Source of the DNA: Candidatus Multivorans sp.
GTDB lineage: Bacteria; Acidobacteriota; Thermoanaerobaculia; Multivoradales; Multivoraceae
DNA: 64,000 bases
Direction: 5' to 3'
Assembly: GCA_965247095.1 (NCBI GenBank)
Contig: OZ251997.1
Coordinates: 2,976,001-3,040,000, forward strand
Part shown: positions 1 through 9,744 of the stretch, piece by piece
How the letters are laid out: each line of letters opens with the position of its first letter
Numbering within the stretch: position 1 is the first letter of the stretch
The notes under the pieces: generated by a model
Seen by the model: only the letters and a program-made list of their open reading frames with translations
Database searches by the model: none
Told to the model about the DNA's origin: nothing
Translations under genes and position numbers: made by a program

Positions 1-107
1 GCAGCCGCATCCGGCTGACCGGGTCCGGTCCGGACGGCTCAGAGGTACGGCTGGCGGTCCTTCCGGTATGCCGGATCGACGTGGACTGGGCCGAAGGCAG
101 GCTCTAG
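1..107 (+). CDS. 3' end of an unknown gene entering from the left edge (…SRIRLTGSGPDGSEVRLAVLPVCRIDVDWAEGRL*)
   Basis: Open frame from base 3 to TAG 105-107 with G/C-ending codons, convergent with selA. Confidence 0.45.
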   Translation, partial: SRIRLTGSGPDGSEVRLAVLPVCRIDVDWAEGRL

Positions 108-114
108 GTGACTC

Positions 115-1461
115 CTACGGCTGCCGCCCCAGAACCCGTTCGACCGCCCCGGCCAGCGCCTCGTCGTCGGCTGGATCCACGGTCCGCAGATCGAGGATGA
201 GGCGTCCTCGGCGCTGGTATCCGACCACAGGCGGCTCGCCGGTCCGAAGCCGACCGGCGGTCTCCGCGGGGGCGTCCAGCGCCAGCACCCAACCTTCGAT
301 CGCCTCATCCGGCGCGGCGCCGCCGCCCAGGTAGGCGTCACCCCGGACAGCCTGGCCGCCCAGTCTGGCCGCCATCTGTTCGACCCGCCGGCGCGATTCC
401 CCGGTCTCGTCCCAGAGCGCCTCGATCGGCATCCGCTGCGCCGCCAGGCGGCGCCGGAGCACTGCGTCCAGGGCGGTCAGGACCAGCCGTCCCGGTCGGA
501 GCGCGCGGTAGAGCGGCGACTTCCGGAGTTGGTCGACGAACGATCTCCGCCCCACGATCAGTCCGGCCTGCGGTCCCCCGAGGACCTTGTCGCCGCTGCC
601 GCAGACCAGATCGCAGCCGGCTTCGACCAGATCCCGAAAGCTCTCGTGCCGTCGCAGCGCCGGCGCCGTGTGCGACCCGATGACGCCGCTGCCCTCGTCG
701 ACCAGGAGGGGAAGATCGTGACGGCGCGCGAAGGCGGCGAGGTCGGCTGCCGGAACCTCCTCCGCAAAGCCCCGGATACGGAAGTTGCTTGAGAACACCT
801 TGAGGACCAGGGACGTGGCCGGACGCACGGCCCGCTCGTAGTCGGCGAGCCGGGTGCGGTTCGTGGTGCCGACCTCGACGAGCCGGGCGCCGCTCGCCTC
901 GAGGATGTCGGGAATCCGGAACGAACCTCCGATCTCGACGAGTTCGCTCCGGGACAGAAGGACTTCGCGGCCGGAAGCCAGGGTCGTGAGCGCCAACACC
1001 AGCGCCGCCGCGTTGTTGTTGACGACCAGGGCCGCCTCGGCGCCGGTCAGGGTTTGGAGGAGGCTGTCTGTGCGGAGACTGCGGTCCGTGCGATGTCCGG
1101 TCGCGAGGTCCATCTCCAGGTCGCAGTAGGCGTCGAGCCGAGTCTTCAGGCCGTCCACGACAGGTCGGGGAAGGGGCGCCCGGCCCAGATTCGTATGAAG
1201 GAAGATGCCCGTTGCGTTCAGCACCCGGCGAAGCGGAGGCGCTTCCGCTTCAAGGGCGGCGCGGACGAGTTCGGGGATTTTGCGGATCCGGTCCTTCAGG
1301 TCGTCATCGCCGATGCCCATTCGGATTTCGCTGCGAAGCGCGTCGAGAACCCTGGCTGCTTGGACCCTCGTCGCTTGCCTTCCGTATAATCCTGTGAGTT
1401 CGGCAAGCGGGCTTTCCTGCAGTAAATGTCCCACTGCAGGTAGTCGTCGCAGTTGACTCAC
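115..1461 (-). CDS. selA: L-seryl-tRNA(Sec) selenium transferase
   Basis: Motifs VLNATG.FLHTNLGRAPL, VNNNAAA, SRSELVEIGGSFRIPD, EVGTTNRT and PLP-lysine SGDKVLGGPQAG. Confidence 0.97.
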   Translation of the reverse strand: MSQLRRLPAVGHLLQESPLAELTGLYGRQATRVQAARVLDALRSEIRMGIGDDDLKDRIRKIPELVRAALEAEAPPLRRVLNATGIFLHTNLGRAPLPRPVVDGLKTRLDAYCDLEMDLATGHRTDRSLRTDSLLQTLTGAEAALVVNNNAAALVLALTTLASGREVLLSRSELVEIGGSFRIPDILEASGARLVEVGTTNRTRLADYERAVRPATSLVLKVFSSNFRIRGFAEEVPAADLAAFARRHDLPLLVDEGSGVIGSHTAPALRRHESFRDLVEAGCDLVCGSGDKVLGGPQAGLIVGRRSFVDQLRKSPLYRALRPGRLVLTALDAVLRRRLAAQRMPIEALWDETGESRRRVEQMAARLGGQAVRGDAYLGGGAAPDEAIEGWVLALDAPAETAGRLRTGEPPVVGYQRRGRLILDLRTVDPADDEALAGAVERVLGRQP

Positions 1462-1503
1462 GTCCCGCTGATCCTATTCCTCGCAGCCACCGCCCGGAGA
1501 GCC

Positions 1504-2685
1504 ATGAACGCCAAGCAATCACTCTTCAGAACACTCTCGAGAGCGATGGCGCTCGCCCCCTGCCTGCTTCTGCTTGGCGCGGCGGCGCCGTTCGGCGTCG
1601 ATGCCGCAATCGGGGCCCAGGTCGTCGGCGCCGCGGCGCACGCGGATCCGAACCTGAAGCGGGCGATTGCCGAGCAGCGCAGGGTGGTGGAGAGTCAGAA
1701 CCGCCCGGGCGATCGCGCGACGGCCCTGAACGATCTCGCCAATCTGCTAGAGCTCCGGGGCGATGTCGCGGCGGCTTTCGAGCACTACCGGGCCGCGATC
1801 GACGCGGACGGGAACTGGGCGCCCGCGCACTACAACCTGGCCCTGCTGGCCTACACCACCGGCGACACGGAGTTGGCGTCGAGCCATCTTCAAACGGCGA
1901 TTGAGCTGGAGCCGGGAAACGCCTGGGCGCAATACCAGCTCGGCCGGGTCTTGGACGATTCGGGTGAAGCCGAGAAGGCGGTGCGGCACTATGTACGCGC
2001 CGTGAGCCTGGACTCGCACCTGGCCTTCGGCAACGTCAATCCCCACTTCGCGGTGAACCGGTACGCCACCGAGATTCTGCTGCGGGCGGACCGCAAGCGC
2101 GCCAGGGCTCTGCCGCCGAGGACCTACTCGGAGCCGGGCCGGATCAGCGGCCTGCTCGTGCCGGCGCCGACGGTGCCGGATGCGGAGTCGGCGGCAGATG
2201 AGGCAACCGAGGCAACGGAGACGGCTGAGTCGGATCACCGCCGACCCGACCGGGTGAGCGGATCCCGCGTTCCCGCGGGAACGGAGACAACAGGGTTCGA
2301 GGCTGCGGCGCCCGCCCCTGCCCCTCGCCCGCTGTCTTCGCTGGAGAATAAGAGGGCGAGTGGCCCGGCCGACCTGCCCCGCACAGCCGACAACGCCGCC
2401 GAGCAGGAGTCGCGGGTCTTCACCCGGGACGACCTTCGCCGCCGCACGCTTTCCGGCGGCGGTGTGGCCAGAGTGCCGGCGGGCAATCGGCCGCCGTCGT
2501 CGAGCCCTGCATCGGGGAGGCGCGGTGCAATTCAGGTGGGGACACCGGTTGGACCGGGCGGCAGGCAGCCGGAGCCCCAGCCTTCGTCCTTCGGCGGCTC
2601 CAGCGGCGGGCGCTTCGAGCCGAATTCCCGCAGCAGCGCTCAGCTCGAGGTGACGATTCGCCGCATCCCGGTCCCGGCGCCCTAG
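1504..2685 (+). CDS. Exported TPR-repeat protein with long low-complexity C-terminal tail
   Basis: N-terminal hydrophobic signal; TPR motifs ALNDLANLL, AHYNLALL, AQYQLGRVL; ATG 1504 preferred to TTG 1453. Confidence 0.8.
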   Translation: MNAKQSLFRTLSRAMALAPCLLLLGAAAPFGVDAAIGAQVVGAAAHADPNLKRAIAEQRRVVESQNRPGDRATALNDLANLLELRGDVAAAFEHYRAAIDADGNWAPAHYNLALLAYTTGDTELASSHLQTAIELEPGNAWAQYQLGRVLDDSGEAEKAVRHYVRAVSLDSHLAFGNVNPHFAVNRYATEILLRADRKRARALPPRTYSEPGRISGLLVPAPTVPDAESAADEATEATETAESDHRRPDRVSGSRVPAGTETTGFEAAAPAPAPRPLSSLENKRASGPADLPRTADNAAEQESRVFTRDDLRRRTLSGGGVARVPAGNRPPSSSPASGRRGAIQVGTPVGPGGRQPEPQPSSFGGSSGGRFEPNSRSSAQLEVTIRRIPVPAP

Positions 2686-2742
2686 CAGCGTGCGCGGCAG
2701 GAAGAATCGGCGTACCCCATGTTCTGAGGTGCACGCTCCTAG
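2682..2742. repeat. CTAG-bounded intergenic element with inverted-repeat ends, between convergent genes
   Basis: CTAGCAGCGTGC...GCACGCTCCTAG; begins CTAG-N5-TGCGCGGCAG, the reverse complement of the family right end; both CTAGs supply stop codons. Confidence 0.6.
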
Positions 2743-4148
2743 ACGACAGGGTCGAGTTGCAGCCCGGTCAGCAGCAGGGTCGGCGCGCCCACCGCTCCGG
2801 GCACCGGCAGGAACCGGAGATCGTCGCCGACGGCCCGGATTCCCCGGAACAACTGCCGGATCGAGCCTCTGAGCCGCGCCTTCGGGATGGCGCCGAGAAT
2901 GCGGTCGTATTCCACCACGAAGCCGGTCGCATCGATCTCGAAGCTCGCTTCCCGGTGGTTGTCGGAGAGTCCGAAGGTGGCGTGGCGACGGCCGCCCGGA
3001 GCGCAGTCCAGCAAATAGCAGCCGCGTCGGATTCCACTCCGGATCGCATCCGCGGACTCCGGGCCGCGCGCGATGTAGAGATGGGAGTGGCTGATCTCGG
3101 GCGGCGACCGCCAGCCGGACCGGCGTCGACAGCCGGCGGCGGAGAAACCCGACCAACCATCGTCTTCCCAGGTCAGCAGCGGCTCACCGGGTTCCCCGTC
3201 CTTCACCAGCGCCACCGCCCGTGTGGGCACGCCCTCGTCATCGATCGTGGTCCTGATCCAGCCGGTTTCGAGGGCGCCGTCGTCCAGGATCTGCAGGTCC
3301 GGCGGTCCCAGCGAGTGCCCTGAAGTCAGGCGCTGAAGCGTCTCCCAGCCGCCGCGGTCCCTGAACAGAGGGCCGAGGAGAGCCAGCAGGCTGGAGGCGA
3401 GGGCGGGCGACACCGCGATCTCGCCGGAAGGCAGGACCGGTGCGGGTGCGGCGGTCGCGAGTGTCAGCCGGTCGGCGACCTCCGCGGCGATGGTGCGGGT
3501 ATCGAAGCTCGTCAGATCGCCGGCCGCGCGATAGAGACTGCAGGATCCGCGAGTACCGATTCGTTCGACGGCGAACTCCATCTCGAGCGTCGCGAGACGC
3601 AGCGAGGTCCGCCCGGTGACGCCGGCGCTGTTTGCGAGCACGGACGCGCTGGCGCCGTCGTCCAGTCTCGCCCGGATCAGGCGGCTGCCCGGAAGCTCGT
3701 TGCGGGTTCGCTCCAGGATGCCGCGGATGAGGTCTCGGCCGAGAGCTTCCGAGTCGTTGCCCGGCACATCCTTCTTGCCGGGGTTGGGCAGCGACGCCTT
3801 TGGCCTGTTTGGTGGCGGCAGTCTGAGCGAACCCGGCCTCAGGGAATGACTATTCAATCGGCGCCAGCCGCCGGGAGCGGGTAGCGAACCGGACTCGGCA
3901 ATGAAGAGCGCCCCGCTCGCGCCCCCGGCACGCAGGGCCCACCCTCTCTCTTCTACGTTGCCCACGTGAGAGCGCCAGTCCTCGGGAGCAGACGGCGATG
4001 CGATACTGGGCCGCCAGGGGTCGATCTCGATCCGGAGGCTGCCACCGGCCTTGACGTAGAACTCGGCGCTCGATGCGCCGGTGCGATCCGTCACCGCGGT
4101 CAGCGCGGTCCTGAGGGCCTGAATGGTCGGCAGCCGGAGTGGCTTCAA
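2739..4148 (-). CDS. PmbA/TldE family protein (non-catalytic partner)
   Basis: DDEGVPT..LVKDG motif; C-terminal LRGSIRQLF...GAPTLL; TTG start overlaps the tldD stop (TTGA); no HExxxH. Confidence 0.8.
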   Translation of the reverse strand: MKPLRLPTIQALRTALTAVTDRTGASSAEFYVKAGGSLRIEIDPWRPSIASPSAPEDWRSHVGNVEERGWALRAGGASGALFIAESGSLPAPGGWRRLNSHSLRPGSLRLPPPNRPKASLPNPGKKDVPGNDSEALGRDLIRGILERTRNELPGSRLIRARLDDGASASVLANSAGVTGRTSLRLATLEMEFAVERIGTRGSCSLYRAAGDLTSFDTRTIAAEVADRLTLATAAPAPVLPSGEIAVSPALASSLLALLGPLFRDRGGWETLQRLTSGHSLGPPDLQILDDGALETGWIRTTIDDEGVPTRAVALVKDGEPGEPLLTWEDDGWSGFSAAGCRRRSGWRSPPEISHSHLYIARGPESADAIRSGIRRGCYLLDCAPGGRRHATFGLSDNHREASFEIDATGFVVEYDRILGAIPKARLRGSIRQLFRGIRAVGDDLRFLPVPGAVGAPTLLLTGLQLDPVV

Positions 4149-5473
4149 GCCAGCCCCTCCAGGCGCACGGACGGGCTGCGGGCCCATACCGGCAGGAGAG
4201 CTCTGTCCTTCACACACCATCCGGCGCCTGCCGCCAGCGGGCGGTCTCCGACGGCTGTCACAGCGGCGAGGAGGTCGACCGTGTGCGACCGGATCTCCAC
4301 TGGTCCCACGAAGTCGACGGGACCGCTGGCGCCGATCCGCCGGGCGCCGGGCGCCCGCAGTACACAGCCGCCATCGAACGGGTTCAACGTGCCGCTCTCG
4401 AACTCGCCGATGTAGAGGCCGCCGGCGGCTTCGCGGAACAGCTCCGCTTCGGGCAGATCGCTCGGAAGCAACTCCAGGTGCGTCGTGCGCGGGCCCGGCA
4501 ACAGGTGGCGGCTGGCGCGTCGTGCGGCGCCGGGAATCAGTCGCTGGTAGCGGCCGGCCCAGGAGAGGTCGGCCAACGGCTGCCGTACACGGCCACGGCG
4601 GAGCAGCCACCGGGCGATGACGGCCGTGCCTTCGTCGTCGCTGAAACGTCCGCAACCATCCGGCGCCAAGCGGGGATCGTCGACCACGTCGAGATGGACC
4701 TCGCCCAGCTTCAGGCCGACGATGCTTTCCGGGGCGCCGGTCAGGGCCAGGGTGTCCGCTTCCAGCGCGTGGGCGACGACCTCGTGCAGCATCACCGCGG
4801 CGGCGCAGGGTCCGAGGACGATGACGCGCGGCGTACTCGGATGCTCCGGCAGGTTGCGCGACCTGAGGCGATCGACCAGGCACGTGGCGACCGGATCGAG
4901 ATCCTCGTCGGCGAGCGATGGCAGCAGACCGCCCCAGATGCCCCACGGCGTTACCACGCGCAGGCTGAAGTACTCCTCGAATTGGCTGGGAGCTGACATG
5001 TGGCCGTGAATCACCTGAACCTGCCGGCGGTGGCGTCGGACGGTGACCTCCATCGGGAAGCCCACCCGGCGCCGATTGACCGCCCGTTCGAGTTGGCGCT
5101 CAGCCCGCTCGATCTCGGCAAGACGGAGTGGCAGCCAGCGACTGACCTTGATTCTCGGAGGTGGCCCGATCGAACCGGCCGTGCCGGATACGCGGTCGCA
5201 GCAGGAGGCGAAGGCGGGCCCTGAGATCGCGTCGGCAGAGGCCAGACGACTGCTGCCCGCCTCGATTCTGCGCACGGAGAGGCCCTGCTCCCGCCGCAGG
5301 CGGAGGCGGTCGTGTTTGCCTCCGGGAAGCAACTCGACCGTCTCCAGACGTTCGAAGAACGCCTCCGTGCGTTGACCCCGGTGCTCGATCAGCTTGGCCA
5401 GGGCATCGGTCAGTGCGGGGACGTCCGAAGCCAGCAGCTCGTTCGGCCGTTGGGCGGTGGCCGTCGTCTCCAT
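4145..5473 (-). CDS. tldD: TldD family metalloprotease
   Basis: LHEVVAHALEAD zinc motif, DDEGT, C-terminal GWCVK Cys ligand; start at METTAT. Confidence 0.85.
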   Translation of the reverse strand: METTATAQRPNELLASDVPALTDALAKLIEHRGQRTEAFFERLETVELLPGGKHDRLRLRREQGLSVRRIEAGSSRLASADAISGPAFASCCDRVSGTAGSIGPPPRIKVSRWLPLRLAEIERAERQLERAVNRRRVGFPMEVTVRRHRRQVQVIHGHMSAPSQFEEYFSLRVVTPWGIWGGLLPSLADEDLDPVATCLVDRLRSRNLPEHPSTPRVIVLGPCAAAVMLHEVVAHALEADTLALTGAPESIVGLKLGEVHLDVVDDPRLAPDGCGRFSDDEGTAVIARWLLRRGRVRQPLADLSWAGRYQRLIPGAARRASRHLLPGPRTTHLELLPSDLPEAELFREAAGGLYIGEFESGTLNPFDGGCVLRAPGARRIGASGPVDFVGPVEIRSHTVDLLAAVTAVGDRPLAAGAGWCVKDRALLPVWARSPSVRLEGLA

Positions 5474-5499
5474 GGATGTGATTCTAGAGGGGGAAAACA

Positions 5500-5525
5500 C
5501 CGGGTGCGCCGGCGTCCCCGCCCGC
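5500..5525 (-). repeat. Isolated hairpin module of the dispersed repeat family
   Basis: Reverse complement GCGGGCGGGGACGCCGGCGCACCCGG differs by 1 nt from 19719-19744. Confidence 0.7.
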
Positions 5526-5602
5526 TGCCGTCGTAGGCGGCTGGAAGACGCCTGCCGCAGGCCGGCGCGTTCTCCTCGGCCTGTGGTAAGAAAGCTGCTC
5601 GC

Positions 5603-7189
5603 ATGACCAGGGTGCAGGAGCCAGTCGGAGCGGACGGCTCGGTCCGCGGCCAGCAAGCGAGCGAGCTGGAGCAGCGGCTTGAACAGTCGCGGTTGGGCGG
5701 CGGCGCCGAGCGCATCGAACGTCAGCACGCGAGCGGCAAGCTGACCGCGCGGGAGCGGATCGATCTGCTGCTCGATCCGGGGTCGTTTGTCGAGATCGAT
5801 GCGCTGGTGACGCACCGCTGCACCGACTTCGGCATGGCCGAGCAGCGCATCCCGGGTGACGGCGTGGTGTGCGGGCATGGTCGGGTGGACCAGCGTCCGG
5901 TGTACGTCTTTGCCCAGGACTTCACCGTCTTCGGCGGTTCGCTGTCCGAGACTAACGCCCGCAAGATCTGCAAGGTGATGGACTTGGCGGTCGAGAACGG
6001 CGCCCCGGTCGTGGGTTTGAACGACTCGGGCGGCGCCCGCATCCAGGAGGGTGTCGCCTCACTGGGCGGCTACGCCGACATCTTTCTCCGCAACACGCTG
6101 GCATCGGGGGTGGTGCCCCAGATCAGCGCGATCATGGGGCCCTGTGCGGGCGGCGCGGTCTACTCGCCGGCGATCACGGATTTCGTGCTGATGGTCGAGG
6201 GCACGAGCTACATGTTCGTGACCGGGCCGGACGTGATCAGGACGGTGACCCACGAGGATGTCTCGATGGAGGAGTTGGGCGGAGCGAAGACGCACGCGAG
6301 GCGGAGCGGCGTGGCGCACTTCACCGCCCCCGACGACACGGCTTGCCTGCTGGCCGTCCGCGAGCTCCTCGGCTACCTGCCCGGCAACAACCTGGACGAT
6401 TCGCCGCGGCGGCCGACCGACGATCCGGACGACCGCGAGGCGCCTGAACTCGACGAGTTGGTGCCGGTCGACCCGAACAAGCCGTACGACATCGGCGAGC
6501 TGATCCGAGCCGTCGTCGACGACGGTCGCTTCCTCGAAGTCCACCGCAACTTCGCCCAGAACATCGTGGTCGGCTTCGCGCACTTCGGCGGCCGCAGCGT
6601 GGGCATCGTCGCCAACCAGCCGAACTACCTCGCCGGCGTCCTCGACATCGACGCGGCGGTCAAGGGCGCTCGGTTCGTGCGCTTCTGCGACGCCTTCAAC
6701 ATCCCGCTCGTCACCTTCGAGGACGTGCCGGGTTTCCTGCCGGGCGTTCAGCAAGAGCACGGCGGGATCATCCGCAACGGCGCCAAGCTGCTGTACGCGT
6801 TCGCCGAAGCGACGGTGCCGAAGATTACCGTGATCACCCGCAAGGCCTACGGCGGCGCCTATTGCGTGATGGCCAGCAAGCACCTGCGCACGGACGTCAA
6901 TCTGGCCTATCCGACCGCGGAGATCGCGGTCATGGGGCCGAGCGGGGCGGTCAACATCCTGTACCGCCAGCAGATCCGGAACGCCGAGGACCCCGAGGCG
7001 CTGCGCGAGAAGCTGGCCGCCGAGTACCGGGAGAAGTTCTCCAACCCATACGTGGCGGCGGAGCGCGGCTTCGTCGACGCGGTGATCGCGCCGCGCACGA
7101 CACGCCACAAGATCGTGTGCGCACTGCGCCAGCTCAAGGGCAAGCGGAGCGGCGTGCCGGCCAAGAAGCATGGCAGCGTGCCGCTCTAG
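5603..7189 (+). CDS. pccB: Acyl-CoA (propionyl-CoA) carboxylase carboxyltransferase beta subunit
   Basis: [57 protein letters not shown]. Confidence 0.93.
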   Translation: MTRVQEPVGADGSVRGQQASELEQRLEQSRLGGGAERIERQHASGKLTARERIDLLLDPGSFVEIDALVTHRCTDFGMAEQRIPGDGVVCGHGRVDQRPVYVFAQDFTVFGGSLSETNARKICKVMDLAVENGAPVVGLNDSGGARIQEGVASLGGYADIFLRNTLASGVVPQISAIMGPCAGGAVYSPAITDFVLMVEGTSYMFVTGPDVIRTVTHEDVSMEELGGAKTHARRSGVAHFTAPDDTACLLAVRELLGYLPGNNLDDSPRRPTDDPDDREAPELDELVPVDPNKPYDIGELIRAVVDDGRFLEVHRNFAQNIVVGFAHFGGRSVGIVANQPNYLAGVLDIDAAVKGARFVRFCDAFNIPLVTFEDVPGFLPGVQQEHGGIIRNGAKLLYAFAEATVPKITVITRKAYGGAYCVMASKHLRTDVNLAYPTAEIAVMGPSGAVNILYRQQIRNAEDPEALREKLAAEYREKFSNPYVAAERGFVDAVIAPRTTRHKIVCALRQLKGKRSGVPAKKHGSVPL

Positions 7190-7264
7190 CAGGACAGGCC
7201 GGCGCAACGGTTCACCTGAGACACGAAGACCAAAACGAGCACGGAACGCGGAGCGAACGAACGA

Positions 7265-7777
7265 ATGAGCGACATCAGGGTGGGGATCGTCATGGGCAGC
7301 GACTCGGACTGGCCGACGATGAAGGCCGCGGCGAAGGTCTGCGCCGACTTCGGCGTCGGCTGCGAGTCGCGGGTGCTCTCGGCCCACCGGACGCCGCGGG
7401 AGACCGCCGAGTGGGCCGAAGGCGCGGCTGAACGAGGCATCGGCGTACTGATCGCCGGCGCCGGCGGCGCCGCCGCTCTCCCGGGCGTGGTGGCGGCGGC
7501 GACCACCCTGCCGGTGGTCGGCGTCCCGGTCGCGAATGGTCCGCTCAACGGCGTCGATGCCCTGCTGGCGATCGTGCAGATGCCGCCGGGCATTCCGGTC
7601 GCCACGGTGGGCGTGAACCGGGCCGACAACGCGGCGCTGCTGGCGCTTCAGATCCTGGGGCTCGGCGACGCCGATCTGGCCGCCGCGCTGACCGACTACC
7701 GGCGCCGGATGGGCGAGCGCGTGGCGGCCGCCGACGAGCGCGTCCGGCGGGCCTCCGAAGCCTTGGAGAGTGCATGA
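7265..7777 (+). CDS. purE: N5-carboxyaminoimidazole ribonucleotide mutase
   Basis: IVMGSDSD, SAHRTP, IAGAGGAAALPG, IVQMPPGIPVATV. Confidence 0.96.
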   Translation: MSDIRVGIVMGSDSDWPTMKAAAKVCADFGVGCESRVLSAHRTPRETAEWAEGAAERGIGVLIAGAGGAAALPGVVAAATTLPVVGVPVANGPLNGVDALLAIVQMPPGIPVATVGVNRADNAALLALQILGLGDADLAAALTDYRRRMGERVAAADERVRRASEALESA

Positions 7778-8217
7778 AGTTCGCGCTCGGCGCCGACCAC
7801 GCCGGAGTCGAGTTGAAGGACGAGTTGCGCGAGGTTCTGCGCGCCCGGGGGATCGAAGTCGTCGACTTCGGGGCCGACGGCTCGGCGCCCGTCGACTACC
7901 CCGACAAGGCAGCGGCGGTGGCGCGGGCCGTGGCGTCGGGAGCGGTCGACCGCGGCCTGCTGGTGTGCGGCACTGGAGTCGGCATGGCGATGTCGGCGAA
8001 CCGTTTCGCCGGGGTCCGGGCGGTCAATCCGAGCGACAGCTACACGACGCGGATGTCCCGGGCCCACAACGACGCCAACGTGCTGGCCCTCGGCGCCCGC
8101 GCGCTCGGCGCCGGTCAGGCGTCCGAACTGCTCGAGATGTTCCTCGACACGCCCTTCGACGGCGACCGCCACGTCGGGCGGGTGGCCAAGATCGACAGCG
8201 CCGCGGAGCGCGGCTAG
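7774..8217 (+). CDS. rpiB: Ribose-5-phosphate isomerase B
   Basis: GADHAG, DYPD, CGTGVGM, RAHNDANVL; ATGA overlap with purE. Confidence 0.95.
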   Translation: MKFALGADHAGVELKDELREVLRARGIEVVDFGADGSAPVDYPDKAAAVARAVASGAVDRGLLVCGTGVGMAMSANRFAGVRAVNPSDSYTTRMSRAHNDANVLALGARALGAGQASELLEMFLDTPFDGDRHVGRVAKIDSAAERG

Positions 8218-8267
8218 CGCGCCACACGGGTTCCCAGGTCAGATCGTTCTGCCGCGCAAGCCCCTAG
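8214..8267 (+). repeat. CTAG-bounded repeat, internally deleted copy (54 bp)
   Basis: CTAGCGCG joined to a near-identical copy of 16024-16073; both CTAGs are stop codons (rpiB, folC). Confidence 0.9.
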
Positions 8268-9679
8268 CGGCGCCGGCCCTGGTGGTAGCCGGTTACGAGG
8301 TCGCGGGCGGGGGGCGGAGTGCCGTAACGGGCGCGGAGGGCCGTTCGGACTTCGCCGACCAGGTAGAGCGAGCCGGTGACGACCAGGGCCCGGTGTTGGT
8401 CGGTCGGCGCGGCGAGGGAGCGTTCCAGCGCATGCGCCGAATCGGCGTCGACGACGGCGCTACGGGCCGGCAGAAGCGGCAGTAGCGCCTCGGGCGAGGT
8501 CGCGCGCCGATGGTCCGGAGCCGTGAGCACGATCCGGCCCGCCCGTTCCGCAAGCAAGGGCAGGCACTGCTCCGGTTGCTTGTCGGCCAGGGCGCCGTAC
8601 AGGAGGTCGTACGCGAGGCCGGTCTCGTCCAGGTACGAGCGCAGCGCGGCGGCGCCGGCGGGATTGTGCGCCGCGTCGAAGAGAACGCGGCGCCGGTCGC
8701 TGTGGGCTTCGATCTCGACCCACTCCAGCCGGCCCGGCCAGCACATGCCTTCGATGCCGCGCCGGACGGCTGCGGGAGCAAGCTCCCGATCCGCGAGAGC
8801 GCAGAACTCCTCCGCCGCCCTCACCGCCAGGGCGAGATTGGCGAGCTGGTGGCCGCCGGCGAGGGGCGCGTGGAACCGGTACTCCGCCTGTGGCGTGGAA
8901 AGCGTCGAGAGCCGTTGTGAAGGTGTGTCGCAGGCGGCGGTTGAATCCAGGAACTCGACGTCGTCGGCCGCGTTGACAAGTGGCGCGCCGCAGACCGCGG
9001 CGCAGCGGTTCAACTCGCACTCGACTTCCGGCCGGGAGCGCCAGGTCAGGCAGGTACACCCGGGTCGCATGACGCCGGCCTTCTCGCCGGCGATCGAGGT
9101 CAGGGTCCAGCCGAGTTGCTGCGCGTGGTCGCGCGCGACCTGGGTGATCACGGAGAGCACGGGTTCCGACACGTTGGTTGCGTCGAGACGCCCGCCCAGG
9201 CCGACCTCGAACACGGCGGCGTTGACCCGATGCGCCGCGAAGTGCAGCCAGGCTGCCGCGGTCAGGCTCTCGAAGTAGGTCGGCGGCGCCGACCCGGCGG
9301 CGTCGAGCACGCGCCGGAGGTGGGCGCCGAGTTCGGCCTCGGTGATCGCCTCGCCGTCGATCCGGAGCCGCTCCTCGACGTGTTCGAGGTGGGGCGAGGT
9401 GTAGAGGCCGCACCGGAAGCCGGCGGCTGTCAGGAGCGATGCGAGCGCCGCGCTGGTCGAGCCCTTGCCGTTGGTGCCCGCGACCAGGATCGTGGGCACC
9501 GCCCGCTGGGGATTGCCGAGGGCGCCGAGCAGGTGGCGGATCGCATCGAGGCCGAACTTCTGCCCCCAGACCTCGAGCCGGTCCAGGATCTCTTTGGCCG
9601 ACAAAGCAGTAGACCCGATCCCACGAACACCGCCAGGGACGACTGCGGCAGCAGGAGAGGGTTTGTTCTCAGCGTTCAT
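8264..9679 (-). CDS. folC: Folylpolyglutamate synthase / dihydrofolate synthase
   Basis: AGTNGKGS, YTSPHL, EVGLGGRLDATNV, WPGRLE, DAAHNP, TGSLYLVGE. Confidence 0.95.
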   Translation of the reverse strand: MNAENKPSPAAAVVPGGVRGIGSTALSAKEILDRLEVWGQKFGLDAIRHLLGALGNPQRAVPTILVAGTNGKGSTSAALASLLTAAGFRCGLYTSPHLEHVEERLRIDGEAITEAELGAHLRRVLDAAGSAPPTYFESLTAAAWLHFAAHRVNAAVFEVGLGGRLDATNVSEPVLSVITQVARDHAQQLGWTLTSIAGEKAGVMRPGCTCLTWRSRPEVECELNRCAAVCGAPLVNAADDVEFLDSTAACDTPSQRLSTLSTPQAEYRFHAPLAGGHQLANLALAVRAAEEFCALADRELAPAAVRRGIEGMCWPGRLEWVEIEAHSDRRRVLFDAAHNPAGAAALRSYLDETGLAYDLLYGALADKQPEQCLPLLAERAGRIVLTAPDHRRATSPEALLPLLPARSAVVDADSAHALERSLAAPTDQHRALVVTGSLYLVGEVRTALRARYGTPPPARDLVTGYHQGRRR

Positions 9680-9744
9680 CGGGCCGCGCAGCATAGACTA
9701 GGGAGCAGTACGGCCCGTCTGCGCGAACCACGAAGGGTGAGGGG

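Noticed and set aside
9683-9701. GCCGCGCA-N7-CTAG upstream of yebC as a family member
   Set aside because: Spacing differs from the N5 consensus and it overlaps a likely promoter; probably chance.
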